From Bugula neritina (taxonomy: Eukaryota; Animalia; Bryozoa), in NCBI GenBank assembly GCA_964035545.1, contig OZ037769.1, forward strand, positions 11,252,633-11,316,632: a DNA stretch of 64,000 bases, in the 5' to 3' direction. This document shows, piece by piece, positions 15,159 to 28,804 of the stretch (position 1 is the stretch's first letter; every line of letters begins with the position of its first letter). The position numbers and the translations under genes were made by a program. The notes below the pieces were generated by a model that was not told where the DNA came from, did not search any database, and saw only the letters and a list, made by a program, of their open reading frames with translations.

Positions 15159-18046
15159 ATGGCAGAACTAAATAAGGAAGAGCCAATGGAACAGGTAATA
15201 TTCTATTATATAAGAAATAAATGCCAGAATTTCAATAATTTTAATTGTTTCAAACATCAGACAAGCTAATAGATTTATTTTGATTATTTCTCAACCAAAT
15301 GCCATGCTGCATACAATCTCCGTACTCTATTTCTAACATTAGATATTTGATCCAAGTATGAAGAAAAAGAAGAAAAAGAAAAAGACAGCTTTTGATTTAG
15401 ACTCAGCCCTGTCTGGGGGTAGTCAGCCCACTGATGAACCGGCACCAGACGGTATCTTCTCACTCCATATTATAGAACTTTTACACTTAGTTGTGGTAAC
15501 CTGGAAGGTTTTCTGTCTCTTTGTGAATTGTAGAAAGCTCAAAATACGCCGAATCTATCCAACATAAAGATGTTTAACAAAAATGAATTCTTTATTTTAA
15601 AAATGCAAAATGTCTCATGGCTGAATCATGTGAAATTGAATAATAAACTGGACTTTTTGTCCTCCTAAAACTGTTGAATTATTAAGGTAACCATGGCTAT
15701 GCACTTAGAACAGTTAGAGTAAGCACTGACTGGTTAAACATTGTCAGCTAACATTGTGATATCTCTTTATAACAGGTTTAATTTGGAGTTTTCATTCCAT
15801 TGTTCACTCCTAAATATAACTTAAAACAAAACACCATGTCCCTGCTGGTGTAGGAGTAAACCAATTTAGTTTGAGTCTCTTGGGTTGAACAGTTCTTCAT
15901 GTTGTGTTTGTCTCTATCGCTTCAGCTACAGCGGCCAGCCAAAGTGACACTCTGGATATGAGCTCGGTGAAAGAAAATCTACCACAGGTAGGCAGTCCTT
16001 CAAGTACTGTTCAATCTACCAATACTAATGCTTTTGCAATTTATTTCTCACATCAAAGTACTGCACTCTACTGAGCTACAGTCTTACTAGAAGCTATATA
16101 TGTAGCCTGGAGTTAACAAATAAAGTTATACAAACTTCCATAATGATAAGTATCAAAGTTTTTCTAAATGTCAAACACTCGCAACCAAAAATGTCAAATT
16201 CATCAAATCAACTCGTAAAAACTACTCAGTAATTATTTTCTGAACTCAGGAGCCGGAGGCTGTGGATCCTATAGATGAATTCAGTCAGAAGAAAAAGAAG
16301 AAATCTAAAAGTGTGAAAATAAGTGATACTAATGAAATACTCGGTACTTCTGAATCAGCTGCAGTCCACAAGGTGGAGGAAGGAGAGTACACTAAAACTG
16401 ATGATGACTACACGTATGATCAGGTGAGGTGTATACTACACGTATGATCAGGTGAGATATATACTACACGTATGATCAGGTGAGATATACTAAACATGAA
16501 CAGGTGAGGTAAAGGCTAGATAAATATGCAACGTAGTATATATATGCAGTCGGGTTGTGTATGAAATATAACTCTTACCCCTATCTCTTTTCTGTATCAA
16601 AAAACTCACACAAGTTTATAGTCGCTATCCCTGTGAGAAACCCCTGATGAATAGGTTTTTTGTTAAATCGGGCTAAGGACTTGTTAAGATGGGGCACAGG
16701 AGCAATTATGACTGGATGCTCTTCCTAACATCGCCAATGGCCTTCGTTGGGTTCATGTTTACTAAGCCAGCACTCTAACCCCTAGACCACCTGCTCTTCT
16801 CTGTGTAATGGCGGCTCAATTATCTCTTTCAGCTTCTCACTAGAGTATTTAACATCATGAGGGAGAGAAATCCCGACATGGAATCCGGAGAAAGGAAGCG
16901 ATTTGTGATGAAACCACCACAGATGGCGAGGGTTGGCACCAGGAAGACGGCATTCACCAACTTTGCTGACATCTGCAGACTCTTGAAACGCCAGCCTAAG
17001 CATTTGCTCCAATTCTTATTGGCTGAGCTTGGTACTAGGTATGTTACCAATGTGAAGGGAGTTTTCTCCCCTCCTATTACTTCAGAGTAGATAACTCCAA
17101 TGTGTCTCTAAGCACAGGTCAAATAGATCGGTGAAATAGTTTTTGAAAACTCATGCCAGTGCATAAATGTTTATGCCAATGTATTGTATACTTACAGTGG
17201 CAATGTAGACGCCAATAACTCACTCATTCTAAAAGGGCGTTATCAACAGAAGCATATTGAGACAGTTCTACGTAGATACATTAGTAAGTTTATAGCTTAT
17301 AGTGTGTAGATACATTAGTAAGTTTATAGCTTATAGTGTGTAGATACATTAGTAAGTTTATAGCACATAGTGTGTAGATACAATAGTAAGTTTATAGCAT
17401 ATAGTGTGTTGATACAAGACTAAGTTTATAGCATGTACTGTGTTGATACATTAGTAAGTTTATAGCATGTAGGGTGTAGATACAATAGTAAGTTTATAGC
17501 ACATAGTGTGTAGATACATTAGTAAGTTTATAGCATATAGTGTGTAGATACAATAGTAAGTTTATAGCTTATAGTGTGTAGATACAATAGTAAGTTTATA
17601 GCTTATAGTGTGTAGATACATTAGTAAGTTTATAGCATATAGTGGGTAGATACAATAGTAAGTTTATAGCATATAATGTGTAAATGCAATAGTAAGTATG
17701 TGTATAAACATATGTAAATTTGCATTATGTGAGCGTTGTAGCATATACTACTTTTGTGGTGGACTAGTATAGTGTAGTATACTAGAAAGTACTGTATGTA
17801 TAATAAACTAGAAAGTAGTATACTATACTATACTATACTATAAGTACTGATATTGCAATGTTTGTAGAGGAATACGTAACGTGTCACACATGCCGATCAC
17901 CTGAAACGCTGCTAGAGAGAGAAATCCGTCTGTTCTTCCTGCAGTGTCAGCACTGTGGCAGCAGAAGCTCCGTGGCTAGCATCAAGTCAGGATTCCAAGC
18001 CGTTACTGGCAAACGTGCTGCCATGCGGGCGAAAACCACAGCATAA
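15159..18046 (+). CDS. EIF2S2: Translation initiation factor eIF2 subunit beta, 7 coding exons
   Basis: [12 protein letters not shown]|[14 protein letters not shown]; DYTYDQ|[59 protein letters not shown]|[25 protein letters not shown]|[37 protein letters not shown] (C2-C2 zinc finger). Confidence 0.97.
16403..16512 (+). repeat. Tandem duplication of exon end plus donor site (about 28 bp, 3-4 copies)
   Basis: actacacgtatgatcag|gtgag repeated. Confidence 0.9.
16604..16796 (-). mobile_element. tRNA-derived SINE, copy 1
   Basis: Aligns by eye with 57666-57875; this copy lacks the B-box segment. Confidence 0.8.
17273..17700 (+). repeat. 34-bp minisatellite, about 13 copies, containing the exon end and donor site
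   Basis: Unit tagatacatta|gtaagtttatagcttatagtgtg; the first copy is the real exon/intron junction. Confidence 0.95.
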
Positions 18047-21000
18047 ATTATGTTGTTATGTTTATGTTTTATTCGCAATAAACTGTTGACTGCCAAATGC
18101 AGATGCAGAAAACTTTTCTGCAAGTTTTAAATGTTACATTATCTGGTAATATTTTGTATATAAGATGTTTACCATTCTGTGTCTTTATCATATGTGGTAT
18201 TATTGGGCTATCACATAGAGAATATTTTACAGCATTTTCTTATTAGCAAGTCACCATTATGTCCTGTACTTCAGTCTTCTTAATTTTGTGCTATTTCAAA
18301 TATGGTGAATAAATATAATTACAATATATTACATTTGTTTTTATTTACTATCCATAGCCTCAGTGATAACATTTTTGTTTCTAGCCTGCCTTGTTATGAA
18401 TTTAACAACAAAGATTTATTATTATAGAAAATAATGTTAATGTCTGGTTTTAAATTGATAGAAAGATACAATGCAAATACAATCCAACTCTCTTGTTTAC
18501 TACTGCATGCCTTTGCAAATTCCATTATATCGTGTAACTAAGTTCTTCTATAACAGTTATATACTGGCCACATGTAATAGCAATGAGTATCATTGTTTAC
18601 TATGGTTGCTAAGGAACGGTTGCTTCAAACTACTACTAAGTACTTGAAGACATTGATTAGACTCAGTTATGCTAATTGTGTAGATACATCATTTTGTAGT
18701 CAACAACCCATTCTAATTAGTGCAAATAAACTTGTCAACAATTACAATGCATCTGCAGTGACTGTTTCACACTTGACTACAATATTTCATTACCCACTCT
18801 ACTGCCTCATACTTTTAAATAACGTGCAAATAAAAATGTCTATTTATAATCTCTTCACTTATCTCCACTTTGTCCTGTTTGGGTAGTGAAAAAAAATACT
18901 CATTTATAAAACAGAATGAAGTTCAGGTTTTGTTTTAGCATGTGCCACTTTGCATACATGTCTAACTTTAGCTGCAGAGACTAGCTGCTTTATGTGTGTG
19001 TTGTGACTCTATATCTCTCAATGTTATGAAAATTTGGGCAACACGTTTCTTTATTTATGGGTTGCCAAGAGTTGCAATATAATAATATAGCCACATTTTC
19101 CATAGAATACAACTGTTTGGATATTTAGCTTTAAGATATATCATCTAACATCAAGATGATTTTAAGCACAAGGTTGTTTTGTCCGTGTTGTATTCAGTAA
19201 GCAAAGTTATAATCTTTTGTTTTGTTATTTTAGACTTCATATACTTTTGTTAATCAATACAGTAACCATTGACTTGTTAGGTGTACTATAGTAACACATA
19301 ACAACACTGGCAGCATCTAACAGCTGATGACCCGGCAGCATATCATTTGCTAATGTATTGCTAGTGTTTTCCTATGCATTTAACTGAAACTGTGAACAGT
19401 GAATGTAGAAACTTAACTCTCCTTACTTGTTGTATATTTTAAAAATATGTCTAATAAAGTTAACAGAGCTGACGCAGATAAACAGTGTCATATAGTGTTG
19501 ATGCGAGGATATAAAAAAATTGCACTGTAAAAATATTGTAGGTTCTTACAAGTTGTGACTGGTACAAACGTCCCTACACTCTTGTCTACTGCAACTATAG
19601 TTTTCTCTCAGCAACACAATTTTAGTCAATATCTGAGAATAGCTAAAGGTCTATAACATTTTTAATTTACCTCACTCATTGGACATATGATACTAACACG
19701 CGTATGTGCATACTGTATGCTGTTGTATTCATTAATAGACTTTCACTGCTATTGGATCAACGTGCTCAGCATGTTACAAAACTTAAAATTTTCTCCACAC
19801 GTTCAGGCTGGTAATATTTTATAGGCAGGAGAAAACTAACTTTAAACTCTCAATTAGGACTTTTATAAATTTTGCAGTTATACATTTTTATGATGTCAAT
19901 GGTCTTTGACTAGCTTGCCTAGAACTGGTAAGGGTTTCCAACTCTAAACTTGCATTGTTAGGAAATCATCCAGTACAATAAATAGATTAAATTCATAGAG
20001 ACATGCAGTCATATAGAGTGGCATGAATTAAGCCTATTTAACAAAGGCTACCACTCCCCTCCTCCATGTATGCAAGAGTGTTTAAACTTAACAAAGTGCC
20101 ATTAGCTACTGTCACAGGCAACTGGAACTAGTTGGAAACCACAGCACACTCTTCCTTCTAAAAATTGTATGTAATAGAAGCCTAGGCTAGCGCTTCCAAA
20201 TATCAAACACCTGCTATTATCTTAACTAGATTGGCAGGTATCTGCTAGTTATAACTTATTTGCTAAATTGTTCTACAAATTACATTAAACTTTGAATTTA
20301 AGAAAAATGAGCATTAATTTAAATCTAGCCAATATAACTGTTGCATATTTTGCTACAGTATAATAATATATTTGTCAAGTTGCCAAATGCTGAGATGCGA
20401 CATAAGAAACGCTTCTATGAAATATTTTAGAACTCCAAGTTACTTTCACTGTCTTTGGAAAGGCAAAGTTTTTTGATCTTCAATAAATGTGGCAATGTGT
20501 CTCAACTCCCAGGAAGTTTAATTAAATGTATAAGTTTTTTGTTTGCACTTACTTTATTTTCTAGCAAATGAAAACAATTATGTAAATATTATGGCCAATT
20601 AGTGTTGGCTACTTAATCTATTATAGATACATAGTATACTGTATACCTAAACTTCCTGATAGGCCAGGCACCTACAGACAATGTCAATTACAATGGCAGG
20701 TGGTGACCAACAACTGTTAGTACTTCACTAAATGAATTTTAGCTGTTGGGTATATTGAGGTAGCCTGCCGGTTATTACTTTCTATGATGATGGCGTTATG
20801 CATAAGAGTTGGTGTTTTGTCAATTTGGCTGTCTCTACAAAGCCATGAAATTCTATTTAATTCGTATGAAACAGAATTTACTCTTGATGCTCTGGTTCTA
20901 ACATCTAACAATCTAACATATTCTAAAATAGAATTCTTTTCAATTTACAACCTTATCCCAAGTATAAAAGGCTGTTGGATATGATTTGATAATATTATGC

Positions 21001-21621
21001 AACTGTTTTAATGTGAAAATAGTTGTGCCAAAACCTGAGAAGTACACAACATGAGCTTTGATCAATGTTAGTATATGAGTTTTATTGATTGTTCTGTAAA
21101 ATGACAACCAAAACTGCAACATATACATGTGTCATATATTACAATAACTTGAAACATTTTGATAGCATGAGAATACAATTGCCTTAAAATAGAATTAGAT
21201 ATTATATTTAGGTATTATAAAATTTAGATTACATTCTGCACCTTTTGATGGAAATTTCAAAAAGTTAGTACTATAATAAACTAAATGCAACCACTAAAAG
21301 ACAATTTGGCCAACAATGCAGCAATATACAGTCGAATATCTTTGCCGTTTCTCTTTGGCTAGCATATACGAAATGCCTTACTAACCACCCGCATTGCATT
21401 ACAAATACCACGCTGATTGTAGTCTGCAAAAGTTTGAATATGCTTGCATAGCAGGTTAACGATGATATCATTGTTGTCGGCTACTGGTTGGTGGTAGAAT
21501 ACATAATCCAATTTAATTTTTAAAACTGTGTCGATGTTGAACTAGTTTTTTCTGTATTCGCTCAATTATCCATTTTAATTTGAGTTAAAAGTAACCACAG
21601 AGTTAGAGGTTAAGGATGGAT

Positions 21622-23368
21622 CTACAACGCTTTCTTGTTCTGCACGGGTAGATACAGCTTGAACTCTGGCGGTAATTCATCTTCCGAGTAGAGTCTGTCT
21701 GAGAAATATACTCTCCTTATCCTGCAGTTGGCGTGAATCTACCAAAATAGAAAAAATTCATCATCATACGCTAAATAACTTAAAATAAATCAAGTTTTCC
21801 CATTCAAGCCTTTTAATGACATTTTTGCTTCAATTAAACAACGCAATGTTTAGATATGAATAGCATATTTTGTCACATTTGTTTTATAGAGTGAATATAT
21901 ACCACAAATAAAATTTAATAGGCATCTCTACCAATTCAATAAATCTAGGATACAGGCAATACGAGTAGTTCAGGTAGTATGAGTCATCTAGGTAATGCAG
22001 GTAGTATGAGTCATCTAGGTAATGCAGGTACACACCTGAACTCTGAGAGTTTCTATGTAGTTTGTTCCATAGGCACGTCTTGTGAAGTCTGATAAGTTGA
22101 ACTGAATCTGATTCCAGCCATCATCCAATCTCATAGGCATGGTGCAAATAAATGGTTTGACTCGAGTCGTACTCTGATAATTACTAGCTCGGAATCGTCT
22201 TCTCACATTCTTATCATCTAACACCTGCAGACATCAAGATATTTTAATAGTAGATTGTAACTGAACAGTAGAAATAGAGACAGTTTGATAAAATATTTTT
22301 GCATAAAAATTATCTTTTTCATTTGTTAAGCATAAAAATATTTTTAAAAACTTTAAAATAAAATAAAATTACCATTATAGTTAATTTACATAACCACTAC
22401 TGAAACTTTGTTAAATAGTAGATTTTCTGTAATTGTGAAATTAGCATACTGAGCCTATTTAGGCTTTTATTTTAAGATGGTCTTACCTGCACTTCAAATG
22501 TGAAGTATTTTTTCAAGTTTTTAATTATCATGACCAGGAAAGGAAGTTTAATGCCCAAAGTCTTTTTTGCATCTGCTGGACATGTGATAAATGTGGTGCT
22601 ACAATAAAAACAATAAGAAATTAGCATACATAACAAACACCTACTATTTGAAAACAGTTAGATTAGAAGCATAGCTATAGAGTCTATAAAACATTTCTTG
22701 TATAATTTAAATTAACTGTTGCCAAGTCTACATAACTATGAGTTTTAAAATGATATTACCAATTGCAAATGCAATAGCTCAAGTTGTTGAAGTTGTCTTA
22801 CCTGACATTAGTGCCAACTATCTCTAGAACAAGTGATTGAATATCATTATCTGTGATACGTTTTATGTGTCCATTCCTGACCTACAACATATATTTAGTG
22901 TAATGAGTCCAGTTCATGACATCATTTGAGTATGAAACTGAAAACAATTTTAAGCATATAGGTGCAATGAAATTAACAATTAACAGTGAAATTTATGCAA
23001 ATCTAATAATAGTTTATGCTATAACTAAAATACTTAATTGCTAAGCGCAAATCATAAAAAAATTATTTTAGTAAATCTCGAACTTGAATATTCATATTTT
23101 GTGCAATTGCATGGAGATACTAAATATTAATTGCTTTAAACTCTGATTTTTGCTAAACATGCATTTGTAGAGAAAAAAATCCAAACTCTTTGCAAAGTTT
23201 ATAAATTCAACATGGTGGTCAATGTCACTTAATAATAATGCAACTATTGTAAAATTAGGTTTTAGAAAACACGCGACTACATACCTTTTTGTCCCATATT
23301 TGTAGTGGTTTGCTCCCAATACTATACAAAATGGATAGAAATCCACTTTGAAATGTGTTTTTAAACAT
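21622..23368 (-). CDS. CFAP20: Cilia- and flagella-associated protein 20, 5 exons
   Basis: [28 protein letters not shown]|[27 protein letters not shown]|[37 protein letters not shown]|[44 protein letters not shown]..|[38 protein letters not shown]. Confidence 0.98.
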
Positions 23369-23753
23369 GTTTAATTCAAGGTAAAACGTGAACTATCGTA
23401 TAACAACCTACGTCTTCTAATGCTAACAGTCAAGTTACAAAATCTCTGGAAGTACAGCTGTAGTAGTTGCCAAGTGAGTGAAATGAATTTGTGTGTATAA
23501 AATGCACGGAGTTGTTAAGGTGTTGATAAGTGCGTAGTAGTAAATGTAACTAGGGAACTAGTTTTAAACATAACCTAAATAAAATAAGAAAAAATAAACT
23601 AATACGTCAAAACAAATGTTCAACTTTGTTGAATTAATTTTTTAAATGTATGGTAACAAATCGACCTATTGTTGTTTTAATATTACGCTCAACAAAACTA
23701 TATATTTGCGCGCCATTATCTATCGCGATAAGTCACTGAACGTCCTTGCCATT

Positions 23754-23766
23754 GTTGCATGGCAAC
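23754..23766. promoter_or_regulatory. RFX X-box-like palindrome upstream of CFAP20
   Basis: GTTGCATGGCAAC within cattgttgc-atg-gcaacaatg, about 390 bp upstream of the ATG of a ciliary gene. Confidence 0.6.
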
Positions 23767-24625
23767 AATGAGAATGAGTACTTATTATTATACCTCGCGA
23801 ATTGTCATAACATAATAAATACATTGTGTACACAATGAATTGATTGGTTGCTCTTTGTAAAGTAATAAATTAGCCAGTAACCAGTCGAAATAAATGTAGG
23901 TTGACAAGATAGGCTTCTTAAGCAATCATATGCAAAACTAAAAGTCTGTAACAATTTGACATTAACAACACTAAATTAATAGAAGATCGCCTATAAAATA
24001 TGTATTCAATTACACAATGCTTTATAAGATTTTGTACTAAATATGACATTAAATGCCTATGTATCCAACACCTTCAAATGCATATGTACCACAATCTAAA
24101 CGATGCATCATCAATGCACATGTGAAGGCTTTATGTTTCATTTACTGCATAGAATATAAGACCTAGTTGATTTCTCCGAAAACTCTTTATTGCATAAATT
24201 AAAAAAATAACTTCAACTACAGAATTTATTGAGGTGGGAGTAAAAACAGTTATAACTGAATAAAGTTAAAACAAATTTTCGTAATTTAAAAATTAACTAC
24301 AAATAAGCATATACAGCAACTATTAATGGCATTAAAAGGTTCATCGGCAAAACACTTTCAACATGTGCTAGAGCAAAAATTAATAAACATAAATATCAGC
24401 ATATTAACATATTATTGGTTGTTGTATTATAAATTATCAGGTATTTCTTTTAAATCCACATCATTCAGTTATAAATAAATTCAGCAAAATAATCTTCATT
24501 GCATCAAATTTTGACTCATTAAAAATTACAAACAAGAAGGTAAATCACAATATACAAGAGTCTACACTTTACAATTATAAATAATATTTTACACATTATA
24601 TACAACCAGCATGCAGCTGTTCAGG

Positions 24626-27600
24626 TTATGACGAGGATTTGGTAAGACCAATCTGACACCCATCAGACACCATCTTACGGAGTAGTTTAGCTGTGTTTCT
24701 GCTATCCACTATACCTGTATATACAAGAGGCACTATTGTTACTTTGTACTGTAGCACATGCTAGCACATGCTAGCACATGCTAGCACATGCTAGCACATG
24801 CTAGCACATGCTAGCACATGCTATATATTGTGAAATATAACATTCTATAATAGAGTCAAGCCTCAGTACAAGTAAAATTATTCACATATAATTATTCCTT
24901 TGCAGTTGCATAATAGAATACTTGTGTTACAGTGAATGCAATATATATTTTATTTTGACCATGTTATAACTACTGTAAATAAGTCATTATTTATCATTAG
25001 AAACCCCAAACTACATCCACTAATTTATTTCTTATATATTAAGCAAGCAGTATTGATTTCCAAGTCAAGGGAATTTCCTAAATCTAAGACAAACACAATT
25101 GGTATCAGTTATCTATTCTGCTGGTGGTGAAGTAGGGGTGGGGTGGGTGGAGGGCTCAGCCTTTCTACTCCTTGAGAAAAAGCCCGATACACATACACAG
25201 TCGTGTAAATAACTCACCTGAATGCTCACGTCCCTCAAACTCCAGGCCAACCTCTTCCATTGATTGCTTCAAGCCCCTGGGTGACCTTGAGTAAAACCTC
25301 TAGAAATATAAAATCAACACCAACGTTCTTGAAAGCTGCAGGAGTAAAACAACTAGCAAATTTAAGTTAATAAAGAAAATCAATAGTCAATAATAATTTT
25401 CTAAAATTATAGAAATATGATAACATCAATGTAAATTTCTCAATAGCATTGGAGGTTCTAAACTATTTCTAGGTTATCAGATTTGTAAAAATGTAATTCA
25501 ATGAGCTTTTCATGTTTATACATAATTTATAAGTAACCAATAACACACCCAGTTGTTATAATGTAACACTATATTGTAGTACATACAAATACTGAATACT
25601 ATTATTATAAATAGTAACAATACAATTGTATACTATAATAGGGAGAGAGCACAATTCCTAGTTTGAACTCATTTCACGAAAGTTGACACCCTAGTAGTAA
25701 TGACAGGCAATCACATGGTTGCATTGATGATTTGTCCTCATGACCCCTGCTGACGCCTCCACTAACTCTGCAATGATTTACTCCAAAAATCTGTGCTTAC
25801 TTCTACCATCTTCAACACTGATACAAGAGACCTGGCTGAAACATTTACCACTGAGCGTTCACGCCCTGGTGTGGCTTTGTTTGTTTGTTTGTTTTTATTT
25901 TGTCGCAGTCGGGAAAAAAATTAATTGAGAAAAAATAAACAAAATGACAGGGCCTATGGCGCAATAGCACTGTAGCTAGTGGAAAGCCTTATCTTAGTCT
26001 TACAAACACTAGAGCTTAAATCTTCCACTAACGACGATCACAAAAAAGTGAATTTGAAACAGGTTTATCATTAATTCACCAACAAGATTGTTTATGTCTG
26101 TAAAAAATACCCAGAAACTCCAAGCTGTAGAAACGCAGATATGGCTTTTAAAAGGCCCAGATAACTCACTGGCTACACATTATCTACTCTCAGTCAACTT
26201 AAATAGACTAAGATCAGACTGTGCGTAGGGTGGGCCGTAGAGATAGTCCGCTCTGAGAATGAGAACATGAGGCTAAGCAGAAGAACAGTTTCCAGCAATA
26301 AAGACACCACTTAGCACCGTTAGAGGACAAGATAATGGAATTTCTGTTACAGTTTACAAGAGAAGACAACTACTAAATGCTGGCATACTACTACAATATT
26401 ATACAGTGGGTAAGTGGGCTTAACATAATATCATGATATTTAAACAGAAGTCTAGTTATTGTGTGTATAATACAAGTAACTCAGTCTAAAAGTTACTCCA
26501 TAACCTCAGTTCTGCATATACCATGATACTTATATCATAATAATAGTGAACAGAACTGGGACTCACTTTGTAAACAGCTTTTAGATCAACCCATGACTTC
26601 ATTTGTTCAGGAAATACAATACTTTTCCTCTTCAACTCTTCGGCAAGGCAGATGCCCAAATCCCAATCTATGGGTAAAATAAATAAATTTTTACTACTTA
26701 AAAGGAAAGAGAAGTGAAACATTGAGCAGTTCCACAAGTACTGAAATAACAAGCTACTTGATGTATATGATTAGTAGGTATAGAAGTAACAAGCTACTTG
26801 ATGCATATGATTAGTAGGTATAGAAGTAACAAGCTACTTGATGCATATGATTAGTAGGTATAGAAGTAACAAGCTACTTGATGCATATGATTAGTAGGTA
26901 TAAACTTTCTCAACAATTCTGTGGCATCTCGTCATCCACTGTAAAAAGAGTCATATTAGCTAGAAAATATTCAACATTATTATATCTCCTGACAGCCAAA
27001 TAAGTAAATTTGCACAGATGCTAGTGACTTGACTCACTTGTCCAGGTAGCGAATGCACACAACTCCCCATCTCCACTGTTGAAGGTGAAACTAAAGTCTG
27101 TACTTATACTGGCCATCCACTTCTTAAACTTGCCCATCACTATGTCTATAGGAAATGCTTCGTCTACTTGGGACTGAAATATTGTGCAGACTGGGTAGGT
27201 AATAGCAACTAAGGGTTGAAGCAGAACGTCTGCTTAATTCCCCAAGAAAAGTTTTTTTTGCTAAAATGAAGTTAAGTGAGCGGTAGTTCCAGGGACCTAA
27301 TGCAAAGTACAGAAAAGTTAGAAAAAGTGTTTCATATTGAATTGATTTTCTTGGACAGTTTTTACTCAAAAATTTACTCAACGCTGATCTGTATGACTAT
27401 TGCTGTTTTAATAGCAGAACTCCAGTCAAAGAAACATAATTTTTAAAATCAGCATAGCCAGATTATGTAATTGTTAGTATTACCACAACGCACAGCTGTT
27501 AGTATTATCATTCTCATCTCACAGTCTTCAAGTACTTGCTCTAACATAGTGTGACCAGCAAAGCATGAAATATTTACCTGAGTTATTCCAGTAAGTTCCG

Positions 27601-28503
27601 TGCAGAATTTACTGAGAATTGGTTGTTCCAAAGGCTGCACATAGTGATGGAACTGAGAGAGAATATCTCCTGTATTTATGTTGACTAGCAGAGCTGGGAA
27701 CTCAACTGTAAATATTACATAACTAACCATAAGTATTCATATGTAAATATAGGTTTCAAGGTGCATCACATGACTGAGTATGGTATAGGTCACAGTTTCA
27801 TAGGAGCCACACCAATGTATGGCTACGGGTGGTACAGAAAACTTACTAATTTCGTTGCGTTGAGAAGGAATTCGCTCCCCATGGTTCCAGCAAGTTGATT
27901 CAAAATCAATAATTACAACATATGTAAACTTTTGCTGGTAACTGGATGGTGTACCTAAAAATAAAATAATAATGAATAAAACTCATCTATATTACTTTCC
28001 TGTTAATACAAAACTGCATTATTTATATTCTATTTAATGATACTTATGATGCAATGAGAATATACACATATTGATGTATCCAGGTATTTTATGATTCTAC
28101 ATCTGTAAACTGATCTGCGAGATAATAACACACCTGTACCGGCAGCTGGTTTGATAACATTACGAGTGTCAGAGGAATTGAAGTAGCGCTCTTCAAGTAA
28201 GCCAAACTGTCTAAAATATTAAATAAATAATTGGAATTAAATATTTCTTCAACTGTCATGCAACACCTGATGACTAAAACAGAAAATACTTTCAAACCAA
28301 AGAGTCTATCAAAATTATAACTGTTTTGTCTAAACTAAATTATATATTTCTACAAATTTATATACGAAAATTATTGTGATAGTAAAGAAATTTCATATCT
28401 AATACTTATAAACACACTTTAGAGTCACTCATTACTGAGTTAATCACTCAATTCTGCACATCATAAGTATATCTTACCTGGCAAGCTCTAACGTTTTTGC
28501 CAT
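24626..28503 (-). CDS. ERI2: ERI2/Snipper-like DEDDh 3'-5' exonuclease, 8 coding exons
   Basis: MAKTLELAR|QFGLL; VVIIDFESTCW..NEI|IEFPALLVN..FHHYVQPLEQPILSKFCTELTGITQ|SQVD..CAFATWT|NWDLGICL..E..RK..SWVDLKAVYK|RFYSRSPRGL..VGLEFEGREHS|GIVDSRNTAKL..LTKSSS*. Confidence 0.9.
24753..24823. repeat. 10-bp tandem repeat, 7 copies
   Basis: (tagcacatgc)n. Confidence 0.95.
26748..26902. repeat. 40-bp minisatellite, about 4 copies
   Basis: aacaagctacttgatgcatatgattagtaggtatagaagt. Confidence 0.95.
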
Positions 28504-28804
28504 AATCTGGAAAGTAAATTCACTTCTCAAGAAAAAAATTAGTCACTCTAAAAGAGAAGCATGATCTGTAGTGAGAAGTTGGCTATTTAAAAACTTTAGC
28601 TCTAAACAGTAGATAAAAGCATGTGTTTATAATTCATATATGACTAACATTTCATAATCAATATCTAGCAATTTTTTACTCATTATAATATTGCAACAGA
28701 TAGTACTAAAAACAATAGACATTAAATGATGTGTTCTTAAAATGGACATTAGAGTGAAACTCACATTCCATGCCATAAGCCTAGTGATAAATTATAGTCC
28801 CAGT

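Noticed and set aside
17273-17700. CRISPR-like array (34-bp period)
   Set aside because: Head-to-tail units with no unique spacers, in a eukaryotic intron, no cas genes.
18100-21600. Short ORFs between eIF2-beta and CFAP20
   Set aside because: No motifs or consistent splice structure; likely UTR or intergenic.
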